A stretch of 64,000 nucleotides of DNA, from IMG/VR virus record IMGVR_UViG_3300037067_009972; one strand, 5' to 3'. The translations under genes and the position numbers were made by a program. The notes under the pieces were generated by a model. It was given only the letters and a program-made list of their open reading frames with translations. It was not told the DNA's origin and searched no databases. Below are positions 7,696 through 16,608 of the stretch, piece by piece; position 1 is the first letter of the stretch; every line of letters begins with the position of its first letter. Origin of the DNA: an uncultured virus (IMG/VR IMGVR_UViG_3300037067_009972). Its lineage: Duplodnaviria > Heunggongvirae > Uroviricota > Caudoviricetes.

Positions 7696-7770
7696 ATCCG
7701 TGTAGCCTAGTCCGGAATCAGGCAACGGTCTCTAAAACCGGTAACGTGGGTTCGAATCCCATCACGGGTA
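7696..7770 (+). tRNA. amber suppressor tRNA (anticodon CTA)
   Basis: Acceptor ATCCGTG/CACGGGT, D-stem GCCT/AGGC, anticodon arm CGGT-CTCTAAA-ACCG (CTA at 7732-7734), T-arm GTGGG-TTCGAAT-CCCAT. Confidence 0.88.
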
Positions 7771-7932
7771 CTTTCGCCCGGACGGCGCATTATGACCCTA
7801 GCGCCCTATAAATATGTGGGTCGATCATCCTGTCAAACATAAATTCGCCGAAAGGCAACGGAGCTGTATGACGGGATTTTCTTTATTACAGCTCCGCCAA
7901 GTTATCCACATTATTAACCTCAAGGAGGTTTA

Positions 7933-8595
7933 ATGGCATCACTCTTAAAAAAACTTGCTTCCCCGTTTTACGAGTTCTCAGACAAAACAGAAACTGGGCA
8001 AGAGCAAACCTCGGATGCACTGGCAACGCCCGAAATATTGGCAACGCCCGTGTCGAGAAGCAGTAAACCGTCCATAATAAAACAGCAGATAGACGAAGAG
8101 ACTAAACAGCAGATACTTGCAGAAGTTTCTAAGACTACTCCGCGTGCTCTCAATGATTTCTTAGCAGTATTGGAATCGATGAAAGATTTGTCTATGGACG
8201 ATCAAACAAGATTTAAAGCTGCTTTTGCGGCCTTAAAAGGAAATGTTGACACACTTTTGGCCGGGACGCAGAAACAAATTGAAGCGCTCGAAAACGCTGG
8301 TGCACAATTCGAAGCAGAAATCAAAAGTGCTCAAAGAGATATAGACTTAAAACGCAAACAAGCCGGGATGAAACAGGAACAAGCCGACCAACTAAGTCAA
8401 CAAATTGTTGATTTAAGAAATGAACAAAGTCAGATACTAATGAGTGCATCTCAAGAAGAACAGACTTTAAGTAACCAACAAGCGATCTTTACGGCTACAT
8501 TAGCTTCAGTTCGTGCGGAAATAAATGAGTTAGAAAGTCAAATTACGAATTACTTGGTAACTACTACATCAATCAAAACAAGGAAACGAACATGA
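7933..8595 (+). CDS. coiled-coil protein, first gene of the OmpA/ABC operon
   Basis: 220 aa, Q/E/A-rich heptads, AAGGAGG RBS. Confidence 0.8.
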   Translation: MASLLKKLASPFYEFSDKTETGQEQTSDALATPEILATPVSRSSKPSIIKQQIDEETKQQILAEVSKTTPRALNDFLAVLESMKDLSMDDQTRFKAAFAALKGNVDTLLAGTQKQIEALENAGAQFEAEIKSAQRDIDLKRKQAGMKQEQADQLSQQIVDLRNEQSQILMSASQEEQTLSNQQAIFTATLASVRAEINELESQITNYLVTTTSIKTRKRT

Positions 8596-9626
8596 CACCA
8601 ATCCCCGAAGAATATAATCCAAAATCCTTCTGGTCACGCCCCGAAGGTACTGCAGGGATGTTAGTAGCGGTTGTTGTAGGCATGCTGGCTATTTATGGAA
8701 TAGGATTAGCCATGCCGTTTATTGTCACTTTATTACAAAATATGTTAACAGCTAGTTTATTAGCCATCGCTATAATAGTTCTCGGGTATATTGTTCTCAA
8801 TAAGCAGACATGGCGTTTGTTCACGGGTATGTTTAAAATGATTATGAGAAGACTTACTAATAAGTTTGTCAGTGTTTTCCCCATCGATATTTTAAAAGAT
8901 TATGTTGATCGATTGGCTCATAAGAAAGAAGAGATATATTCGCAGATTAATAATCTTCGTGGGCAAATGGGCCAGTTGAAGGTGACAATCGACCGCAACG
9001 AATCAGAACGTCAACAAGCGATTAATATTGCAAAAGCCGCCAAAGAAAAGGGTAAACAAGGGGCCTTAGTATTAAATGCTCGAAGCGCCGGTCGTCTGCA
9101 GAAATCAAATATTACACTTCAGCAGCTGTACACCAAACTTGAAGGATTGATGCGCATGCTGAATAAGATGAAAGAAGTCACAGAGTTCATGTATGCAGAT
9201 ATCAAAGAAGACGTAAATGTGATGGAACGACAGTATAATGCCATTAATACTGCACATCGAGCTATGACTGCGGCTATGGCATTTATACGTGATTCGTCTG
9301 ATGACAAACAACTATATGATCAGGCTACAGAATATCTGCTCAATGATTATGGCCAAAAGCTTGGGGAAATAGATCAATTTATGGAAGTTGCGACTCCATT
9401 TATTGAAGGTGTTGATCTCCAAAATATGGCATTCGAGATTGATGCACTTAAAGGGCTCGAAGCTTGGGAACAAAAAGCAGATAAGCTTATACTTGGCGAT
9501 ACCAAAACATTGCTTATCGGCAATGAGGAATTGGCACCGTTGTTAGAATTCACAAAACCTGAAAAGGTAGCAGCCAGCAGTGGTACGTCGATAATTCCGA
9601 ATAAAAAATATCTCAAACGTAAATAA
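8592..9626 (+). CDS. membrane-anchored coiled-coil protein (2 TM; PspA-like architecture)
   Basis: Two N-terminal hydrophobic helices followed by a long helical region. Confidence 0.7.
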   Translation: MTPIPEEYNPKSFWSRPEGTAGMLVAVVVGMLAIYGIGLAMPFIVTLLQNMLTASLLAIAIIVLGYIVLNKQTWRLFTGMFKMIMRRLTNKFVSVFPIDILKDYVDRLAHKKEEIYSQINNLRGQMGQLKVTIDRNESERQQAINIAKAAKEKGKQGALVLNARSAGRLQKSNITLQQLYTKLEGLMRMLNKMKEVTEFMYADIKEDVNVMERQYNAINTAHRAMTAAMAFIRDSSDDKQLYDQATEYLLNDYGQKLGEIDQFMEVATPFIEGVDLQNMAFEIDALKGLEAWEQKADKLILGDTKTLLIGNEELAPLLEFTKPEKVAASSGTSIIPNKKYLKRK

Positions 9627-9637
9627 GGAGTCAAGAT

Positions 9638-11161
9638 ATGAAACCGTTAGGTAAATTAACACTTATCACTTTATTTGTAGGAATACTTTTCTACATTGTT
9701 ATCTTTAGCCCGTTTAAACAATATATATTTCCTGAAAAACCCACACCTACCCTTTCCGCGGATGTTGAAAAACTTGCAGATGCCGGAACCCCTGTATTGA
9801 ATGTAGCCCTCAATACTTGGATGGGCTGGGCCGGTGGACCGTACTATAATAACGGTATGATCGCTTCTAAAGAAAGTCGATACTTCAAAGAAGAAGGGCT
9901 ATTTGTAAACTTTATAGTAATGGATGACATACAGGCTTCTAGAGCTGCGTGGCGTAAGGGAGATATTGACCTACTCTGGATTACTACTGATTCTTACACA
10001 ACAGAGGTAAAATCTCTTGCGGAAGAACGACCAAAACAATTTATGCAGGTTGATTGGTCACGCGGTGGAGATGCAATAGTTGCAGTCGGTGAAGTAACCG
10101 GTGTAACAGATTTAGCGGGTCGTAAAGTAGCCTGCGCAATAGGCGCACCGAGTAATAGTTATCTATTAGCCGCCTGTGATGCTGCCGGGCAGAGTTATGC
10201 CGATATTCAAATTATATCAGTAGCAAATGGAATCGATGCTGCAACATCATTTAAATCTGGACAATGTGATGCAGCTGTCGTATGGGCACCTGATGATGCA
10301 GCCTGTGTAAAAGCGATAGAAGGTTCTAAAGTTATAAGCAGTACAAAAACAGCTACTAATATTATCGCAGATGGTTTTGTTGTAAAAGAAAATTATCTCA
10401 GTAAGCACAAAGACGCACTTATAAAATTTGCTAGAGGTTGGTTACGAGCTAACGCTGAAATAAATACCTCAGGTAAAAACTTAGATAAAGCTGCGGCTAT
10501 CATGGCAACTGGTTTCAATGTGCCACTAGATGACGCAAAATCTGGTATTCTTAATGCACGTTTAACGACATACGGCGATAATAGAAACTTCTTTAACATG
10601 GATGGTAATTTTAAAGGAATAAAAGGTGAGGATATATATGATAAGTTTTCCAAACTATACTCATCAATTAATCTAGCACCATCAGATAATCCGAGTTGGC
10701 GACAAATAAGTACTTCTGAAATTATCGGTTCTTTCCAATTAGCCGGAATAGCTAATATGGCAGAAGGTTCTGTAGAATTCAAACCTCCAACAGAAGCTGA
10801 AAAGACTGCGCCGGTATTTGCCGCTAAGAAAATTACGGTAAATTTCCCCACAGGAAGTTCTGTACTAACTGATGACGGAAAAGCAAAGATTCGCTACGCG
10901 CTAGGTGACGTGTCTAACATGTTCGCAGGTGCTCGTGTACGTGTAGAAGGCAACACCGATAATGTGGGTGGTACTATAATGAATCGTGCACTATCACAAC
11001 GTCGTGCGCAAGCTGTTGTCGACTTCTTGGTAACGCGCTATAGCTTTGATCCAAACCGATTTACAGTTATTGGTAATGGTATGGATAAACCTGTTGGTAC
11101 CAATGAAACAGAAAGCGGGCGCGCCACAAATCGTCGCACCGAGTTTCAGATTCTTCAGTAA
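9638..11161 (+). CDS. periplasmic substrate-binding protein (NMT1/SsuA-type) fused to a C-terminal OmpA peptidoglycan-binding domain
   Basis: DWSRGGDAIV and DLAGRKVA; C-terminal VEGNTDNVG, NRALSQRRAQAV, NRRTEF. Confidence 0.88.
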   Translation: MKPLGKLTLITLFVGILFYIVIFSPFKQYIFPEKPTPTLSADVEKLADAGTPVLNVALNTWMGWAGGPYYNNGMIASKESRYFKEEGLFVNFIVMDDIQASRAAWRKGDIDLLWITTDSYTTEVKSLAEERPKQFMQVDWSRGGDAIVAVGEVTGVTDLAGRKVACAIGAPSNSYLLAACDAAGQSYADIQIISVANGIDAATSFKSGQCDAAVVWAPDDAACVKAIEGSKVISSTKTATNIIADGFVVKENYLSKHKDALIKFARGWLRANAEINTSGKNLDKAAAIMATGFNVPLDDAKSGILNARLTTYGDNRNFFNMDGNFKGIKGEDIYDKFSKLYSSINLAPSDNPSWRQISTSEIIGSFQLAGIANMAEGSVEFKPPTEAEKTAPVFAAKKITVNFPTGSSVLTDDGKAKIRYALGDVSNMFAGARVRVEGNTDNVGGTIMNRALSQRRAQAVVDFLVTRYSFDPNRFTVIGNGMDKPVGTNETESGRATNRRTEFQILQ

Positions 11162-11215
11162 AGAGTTTAATAGGGGTAGGATAATCCTGCCCCTTTACCT
11201 TTAAAGGAGAATTAT

Positions 11216-12034
11216 ATGGATCTAAAAAAATTTGTAGCAATACGTTCAACACTGGATAAACAAACAAAAGCTGTAAGTTTTATCATCGGGACTATCGTAA
11301 TTCTTTTATTTTGGCAAATAGCTGTAATGTATAAATGGACACCAAAAGGTATATTACCGGCGCCATTATCTATTATCACATGTTTGCCAGAACTACATTT
11401 TAAGGATTACCTAATTCAGAATGTTTGGATATCTTTCTACCTCAACATGATTGGATTGTCCGAAGCAGTTATTTTTGCCATCCCAATTGGCCTGGCTATA
11501 GGACTGAATTCCTATCTAAAAGCAATCTTTGAACCCTATTTATCGGCATTACGTTTTGTACCACTGACAGCATTAGTTGGCTTATTTATAGTAGCCTTTG
11601 GAATCTACACTAACATGAAAGTGCAGTTTTTAGCTTTTGCAATATTCATCTATTTAGTTCCGGTTATTGTACAGAGAGTAGATGAAACAGCATCAGTGTT
11701 AGATCAAACAATGAAAACATTGGGCGCAAATCGTTGGCAACGTGTACTGTATTTATATTTGCCAGACGTACTTGCACGTGTATATACTGATATAAAAGTA
11801 TTGTCAGCAATCAGCTGGACATACATAGTAGTAGCCGAAATGGTGAATCTAAACGGAGGCGTAGGTGCTTTATCTTTCTTAGCCGCAAGGCAAGGAAGAA
11901 CAGATAAAGTATATGTCATTATTATAGTTATTGTCTTAGTTGGGTTATTAACGGATAAAATGTTTAATTTGTTAGATCCGATTATATTTCCGCATAAGTA
12001 TGCTATAAAAGGAGATAAAGATGGGACTACTTAA
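11216..12034 (+). CDS. ABC transporter permease (SsuC/TauC-like)
   Basis: Multiple TM helices; EAA-like loop TMKTLGANRWQ; SWTYIVVAE. Confidence 0.9.
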   Translation: MDLKKFVAIRSTLDKQTKAVSFIIGTIVILLFWQIAVMYKWTPKGILPAPLSIITCLPELHFKDYLIQNVWISFYLNMIGLSEAVIFAIPIGLAIGLNSYLKAIFEPYLSALRFVPLTALVGLFIVAFGIYTNMKVQFLAFAIFIYLVPVIVQRVDETASVLDQTMKTLGANRWQRVLYLYLPDVLARVYTDIKVLSAISWTYIVVAEMVNLNGGVGALSFLAARQGRTDKVYVIIIVIVLVGLLTDKMFNLLDPIIFPHKYAIKGDKDGTT

Positions 12035-12863
12035 TAAGACAAGCCTTCCTGCGCACACCAAAATGACTGGTGATCGAGTACAGTTTATTAATACAGGTCT
12101 ACCGGATGTTATCGAATTAAAAAACGTAACTCAAATCTATGATGGTAAACATAAGGTCATTGATAATCTAAATTTACTTATTGAAGATAAACCGGATCAA
12201 GGACAATTCGTAGTTATACTTGGTCAATCCGGTTGCGGTAAGTCTACACTATTACGATACATTTGCGGCCTGCAACAACCGACTTCCGGAGAAGTACTAA
12301 TCGATGGGCAACCTCTTAGACTTAATCAGCATCCCATTTCTATGGTCTTTCAGCAATATTCGAGTTTCCCATTTCTTACCGTTCTTGATAACGTCGAATT
12401 AGGGTTAAAACTTGAAGGTGTTAATAAAAAGATTAGAAAAGAACAGGCTATGGCGATGATTGAAAAGGTCGGCTTAAAAGGGCATGAAAACAAATATGCC
12501 CAATATCCTTTGTTATCCGGCGGTCAGCTACAACGAGTAGCTATAGCCCGCAGTCTAATTAAGAATCCCAGAATAGTTCTGATGGACGAACCTTTCGGTG
12601 CCTTAGATACTTATACGCGCCGTAAAATGCAATTGCAGTTAAAGGAACTTTGGAAAGAATTAAACTCTACAATTATTTTAGTTACGCATGACATCAATGA
12701 AGCCGTCTTTTTGGGTGACGATATTTTTGTTATGGGGGCTAATCCAGGGCGAATAATCGATTATATCCACGTGGATCTTCCGCTGGATCGCGATCCTTCA
12801 ATACGATACACCCCTAATTTTATTGGGATTGTTAAATATTTGGATCAAATACTCGAAAAATAA
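12021..12863 (+). CDS. ABC transporter ATP-binding protein (SsuB/TauB-like)
   Basis: Walker A GQSGCGKST, signature LSGGQ, Walker B LMDEPFGALD, H-loop VTHD. Confidence 0.95.
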   Translation: MGLLNKTSLPAHTKMTGDRVQFINTGLPDVIELKNVTQIYDGKHKVIDNLNLLIEDKPDQGQFVVILGQSGCGKSTLLRYICGLQQPTSGEVLIDGQPLRLNQHPISMVFQQYSSFPFLTVLDNVELGLKLEGVNKKIRKEQAMAMIEKVGLKGHENKYAQYPLLSGGQLQRVAIARSLIKNPRIVLMDEPFGALDTYTRRKMQLQLKELWKELNSTIILVTHDINEAVFLGDDIFVMGANPGRIIDYIHVDLPLDRDPSIRYTPNFIGIVKYLDQILEK

Positions 12864-12913
12864 AATATTCAGGGGCCGACGAGATGTCGGCCCTACATTT
12901 ATATGGAGTAACC

Positions 12914-13552
12914 ATGAAACATATTTTTATTTTTTTATCCTTATTATTTGTAATATTCACAGTCTCTTCCTCACAAGAATTTAATATAGGTGGAAGTGTA
13001 CAAACACAATCAGTTGTTAAGGGAATTCAACTTTGTAAAACCCCGGTATTCGGGGGATATTTAGAATATGTCTACGACAATACATCAATTTCAACCTGTG
13101 TCACCTCAGATTTCAGTGGAAACTATGCAGAAAATGTACTCATTATTAAATACACGTGTGCACCAGTATGGTCTGCAATTACAGATTATTACTACCCATA
13201 CTCATCAAATGGATTCAGTAATTTTTCCGGAAAAAATACAGGCTCACATTACATCGAAGTCTCTATCGGAGGAGATTACAAAGGGGTGGAAATTTTATTG
13301 TCGAGTAACATCTATAACGACAGTACCTTTTCGCCTTATGCACAATTATCATACAGCCTCATTGAAACCGATGGATTACTCGGATTTTTTACCGGTTTTG
13401 GATTCGGTAAAACGTTCTTCTACAACACAAATCTGGGAGGACCTCAAGCAGTGTATATCGGATTCAAATATAATCGTAAAAACCTCACTTTGACGTGGTA
13501 TGTTAATCCTTCTGCAGATCTAAATGGAATAATCGTTGCCTACAACCTTTAA
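12914..13552 (+). CDS. signal-peptide protein, putative outer-membrane beta-barrel
   Basis: N-terminal signal peptide, alternating aromatic/Gly strands, C-terminal IVAYNL. Confidence 0.6.
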   Translation: MKHIFIFLSLLFVIFTVSSSQEFNIGGSVQTQSVVKGIQLCKTPVFGGYLEYVYDNTSISTCVTSDFSGNYAENVLIIKYTCAPVWSAITDYYYPYSSNGFSNFSGKNTGSHYIEVSIGGDYKGVEILLSSNIYNDSTFSPYAQLSYSLIETDGLLGFFTGFGFGKTFFYNTNLGGPQAVYIGFKYNRKNLTLTWYVNPSADLNGIIVAYNL

Positions 13553-13571
13553 TTTTCGTATATTATATGAT

Positions 13572-13655
13572 CGGGATATGTGGGTAACTGGACATCCCAG
13601 CGGAACCATAATCCGCCGCAATTAAGCCTTGAGGGTTCAAATCCCTCTATCCCGA
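13572..13655 (+). tRNA. atypical tRNA with CAT anticodon, C33, long variable arm
   Basis: Acceptor CGGGATA/TATCCCG, anticodon arm GCGGA-ACCATAA-TCCGC, T-arm GAGGG-TTCAAAT-CCCTC. Confidence 0.72.
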
Positions 13656-13677
13656 CTTATTTACCTAAGGAGAATAT

Positions 13678-14307
13678 ATGTCAGTAATGAATAGTTTAGT
13701 AGTATTAAAATTAAATCGTTCTTGGTTACCAGTAGGATTTTCTACCATAGCTAAAGCCGTCGTAGATTTATGCGCTGACATCAATTGTTATGCCTTAGAT
13801 ATCGATTATCCCATAAAAAACGGAACTCCCGATTTTGATCATCCGATCAAAATGGAACCTGTAACTTGGGAACGATGGATTAGTTTACCCATACGTTCTT
13901 GGGACATACCTTTACATTCCCCCAGTGTTACAGTTAGAGCACCTACTGTATTAGTTGCTCGAAATTTTGACAGTATGCCTGTTATATCGTATAGTCGTTA
14001 CCCCACTATACATCAAATTTGTGAACGAGATGATTTTATAGATCAATATTCCGGCAAAAAATTGTCTTCAAAAGAAGTATCAGTTGATCATGTAATACCG
14101 GCTTCCAGGGGTGGTGGTAAAACATGGGAAAATTTAGTTGTTACCCATAAAGAAATAAATTACCGCAAAGGTAATAAACTTAATCATGAGATTGGGCTTA
14201 GACTTATAAAACAACCAAAGAAGCCATTACCCATGCCCTTAAGTTCTTTAATTCGTGAAATACATCATGTAGATTGGAGACATTTTGTATTGCATAAAAC
14301 TAGGTAA
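13678..14307 (+). CDS. HNH endonuclease (McrA-like)
   Basis: VLKLN..W.P, RD...QY, SVDHVIP.SRGG...WENLV....N..KGN. Confidence 0.88.
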   Translation: MSVMNSLVVLKLNRSWLPVGFSTIAKAVVDLCADINCYALDIDYPIKNGTPDFDHPIKMEPVTWERWISLPIRSWDIPLHSPSVTVRAPTVLVARNFDSMPVISYSRYPTIHQICERDDFIDQYSGKKLSSKEVSVDHVIPASRGGGKTWENLVVTHKEINYRKGNKLNHEIGLRLIKQPKKPLPMPLSSLIREIHHVDWRHFVLHKTR

Positions 14308-14330
14308 TATGATGTATCCACACATCATAT

Positions 14331-14416
14331 GGAAGATTGACAGAGTTGGTATTGTGCCAGATTGCTAATCTGAGGCTATGAGAAATCATACAGAGGTTCG
14401 AATCCTCTATCTTCCG
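14331..14416 (+). tRNA. tRNA-Ser(GCT)
   Basis: Acceptor GGAAGAT/ATCTTCC, G discriminator, loop TTGCTAA, long variable arm. Confidence 0.9.
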
Positions 14417-14453
14417 CGAAAGAAACTAAAATATTTATAATATAAAATAACTA

Positions 14454-16406
14454 ATGAGCAAAATACTCCTACAAAATTTATCTACTTATAGTGATATTTA
14501 TGATCTTGGGATAACACAAACAGAGGTTGGATTAATCGAAAACCTTTGGGATACCTATAATGGCGCCAACTTACTGTACGTATACGGTCCCGGGCCTAAA
14601 GATCAAGAATTTGTTTTAAAATTTAATAATTATGATCGAAGTATATTACTTCAAAAAACAGATCCAGCCGCAAAAAAATTTGGTTATAAATTATTTCGAT
14701 TATACAATGGTCGTTATTACATCAAATTCGCACCTACAGCGGTAGATCTTAAATATTTACATGAACTCGGAGATATAACAAGTAGAGACCAACAAGTGTT
14801 TTTGTTTTCTTCGTTAGAAGAATTACGAGATCACGTATTTTCTACAGATATAAACTTATTTTTAAATAACCAAGTACTTTCAATATCAAAAATTGAGACT
14901 ATATACTGGTTATGCAATGAGTTATCCCGATATAAGCCATCCCAGTTTTCAGATAGTAAATTTTACAAAAGCATGCCAAATTATGTATATCATATAATAG
15001 ATGTACTACAATTACCAAATGATATACGTATCGCTTTATATGCGTATCACACTGATAGTTACCGAGCTACTATAGGCAATAATATTGCCGTAAAAACATA
15101 CATAGTAACACCAGATAATCCTGCGTACAATTGGACTGACCCCGATCGTTATTTTAGTCACATAAATAACAAAACCGGACATGGAAAAGTTTATTATGTA
15201 GGACCCAATCCTTTATTTCCGTCTGAAGCCGCTTTGAGCAGATATGTTCGTGGGCATTCACAAGTAGTACTTGAAAACCAAACTCTGGAAACAATTGAAA
15301 AACGAGACGCCCGAAAACAAATAGAAGACGCCGCTATTCAAAAAGCGCAGACTGTTATACAAAAGAAACTTACAAATAAAACAGCCGAGCTAGAAAGCGG
15401 AGAAGAATTTTCTTTCAACGACGTGACTTTCCGTGCACATGAAATAGAGTATGAATCTCAAATCATTACAAGTAAAGCTGTTAAAGTAAGTAATATTATA
15501 AAGAATTTCTTAACAAACTTACAAGACGAGGCCTTTAATTTCGAATTGATTTTTGGACAATTTTGCAGAGAGTTGATTCGTGCGGCCGAAGCTGCGGGCG
15601 AAGCAAAAGCACAAATTGGCGCTGTAAAAATAGATATAGAAATTAAAAAAAAGAAAAACACTGTAAATGTTGATATGATTACTAATTACATTAATGGTTA
15701 TCGTATCAATAAGATTGAACTGCATGATGTCTTACTACGAGCATTGTGCTACAATAAAACGGAAGACTACGAGAATTATTTAGAAAGTGTAAGTAAATGT
15801 TCTCTTCGATATCATCGTTACATAGCATCTGGAATAGCCTTAAAGGTAAGAGACGATATTACAGGTGAGGATGCAGTAGAATTTAAAATTGGTCTAGATA
15901 GAGATAAGAATAGAAATTATATTTCGTTTGGCGATAAAATTCGTTATCCTGTTAAAGATACTAATAAACTCTTAAATTTAGTAGGTCAAATAGAAATGTC
16001 GCGCGTTATTAATGTGTTACTGAATCCAGATATTGTGGGAGTAACTGGTGCAGATGTACGACATATAATCGAGACTGGCCGTAAAGCTTTAATAGAAGAA
16101 CGTAATAAAGAAACACAGCTACTTTCACAAGCGATTCAGTTATTCAAATGTGAAAAAATCGAAGATGCGTTATTAGATAATGGAAGAGTTATAAGTGGTT
16201 ATACTGTAAATGGTAAACTACGTAATTATATTATTGAAACGTCATCTATACGAGTATTTGAGTACCCTAGTGGTAAATATCTTTGTATGGTTGATAAGGG
16301 CCAAAATGAACATGCTAACACCGCAAGATTAGTTAGTAGAATGTTTGCGTTGGCAAATGATTCTAAATTAACAAATGAGATTACGACTTTACAAAAAAAT
16401 GATTAA
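14454..16406 (+). CDS. large hypothetical protein translationally coupled to Ubl/E1
   Basis: 650 aa ORF overlapping the start of the Ubl gene; C-terminal YLCMVD...ALAND segment. Confidence 0.8.
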   Translation: MSKILLQNLSTYSDIYDLGITQTEVGLIENLWDTYNGANLLYVYGPGPKDQEFVLKFNNYDRSILLQKTDPAAKKFGYKLFRLYNGRYYIKFAPTAVDLKYLHELGDITSRDQQVFLFSSLEELRDHVFSTDINLFLNNQVLSISKIETIYWLCNELSRYKPSQFSDSKFYKSMPNYVYHIIDVLQLPNDIRIALYAYHTDSYRATIGNNIAVKTYIVTPDNPAYNWTDPDRYFSHINNKTGHGKVYYVGPNPLFPSEAALSRYVRGHSQVVLENQTLETIEKRDARKQIEDAAIQKAQTVIQKKLTNKTAELESGEEFSFNDVTFRAHEIEYESQIITSKAVKVSNIIKNFLTNLQDEAFNFELIFGQFCRELIRAAEAAGEAKAQIGAVKIDIEIKKKKNTVNVDMITNYINGYRINKIELHDVLLRALCYNKTEDYENYLESVSKCSLRYHRYIASGIALKVRDDITGEDAVEFKIGLDRDKNRNYISFGDKIRYPVKDTNKLLNLVGQIEMSRVINVLLNPDIVGVTGADVRHIIETGRKALIEERNKETQLLSQAIQLFKCEKIEDALLDNGRVISGYTVNGKLRNYIIETSSIRVFEYPSGKYLCMVDKGQNEHANTARLVSRMFALANDSKLTNEITTLQKND

Positions 16407-16608
16407 GTATCAAATAATAACTTCAAACGGGATGGATATCCGTGAAAAAGAGGATGAACTTGCGTTATCAGATATACAAGATTATGTCAAACGTCATCAT
16501 CCGTGGCTATATCTAGATGGACAAGATTCAAATGCCAAAAACATCACTATGGATCAACTGAAAAACGCACAATTAATCGTGCTTACACATAGTATTTTAG
16601 GCGGCTAA
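16399..16608 (+). CDS. ubiquitin-like protein with exposed C-terminal GG
   Basis: 69 aa, WLYLDG, ends IVLTHSILGG; TAATG overlap with the E1-like gene. Confidence 0.78.
   Translation: MIKYQIITSNGMDIREKEDELALSDIQDYVKRHHPWLYLDGQDSNAKNITMDQLKNAQLIVLTHSILGG

Noticed and set aside
7696..7770. Reading this tRNA as Arg(TCT)
   Set aside because: Only the register with loop CTCTAAA gives a paired anticodon stem, which centres CTA.
7829..7900. c-di-GMP-I or guanidine-III riboswitch
   Set aside because: Only superficial pieces (a GAAA tetraloop, CCGGACG) match; the full consensus is absent.
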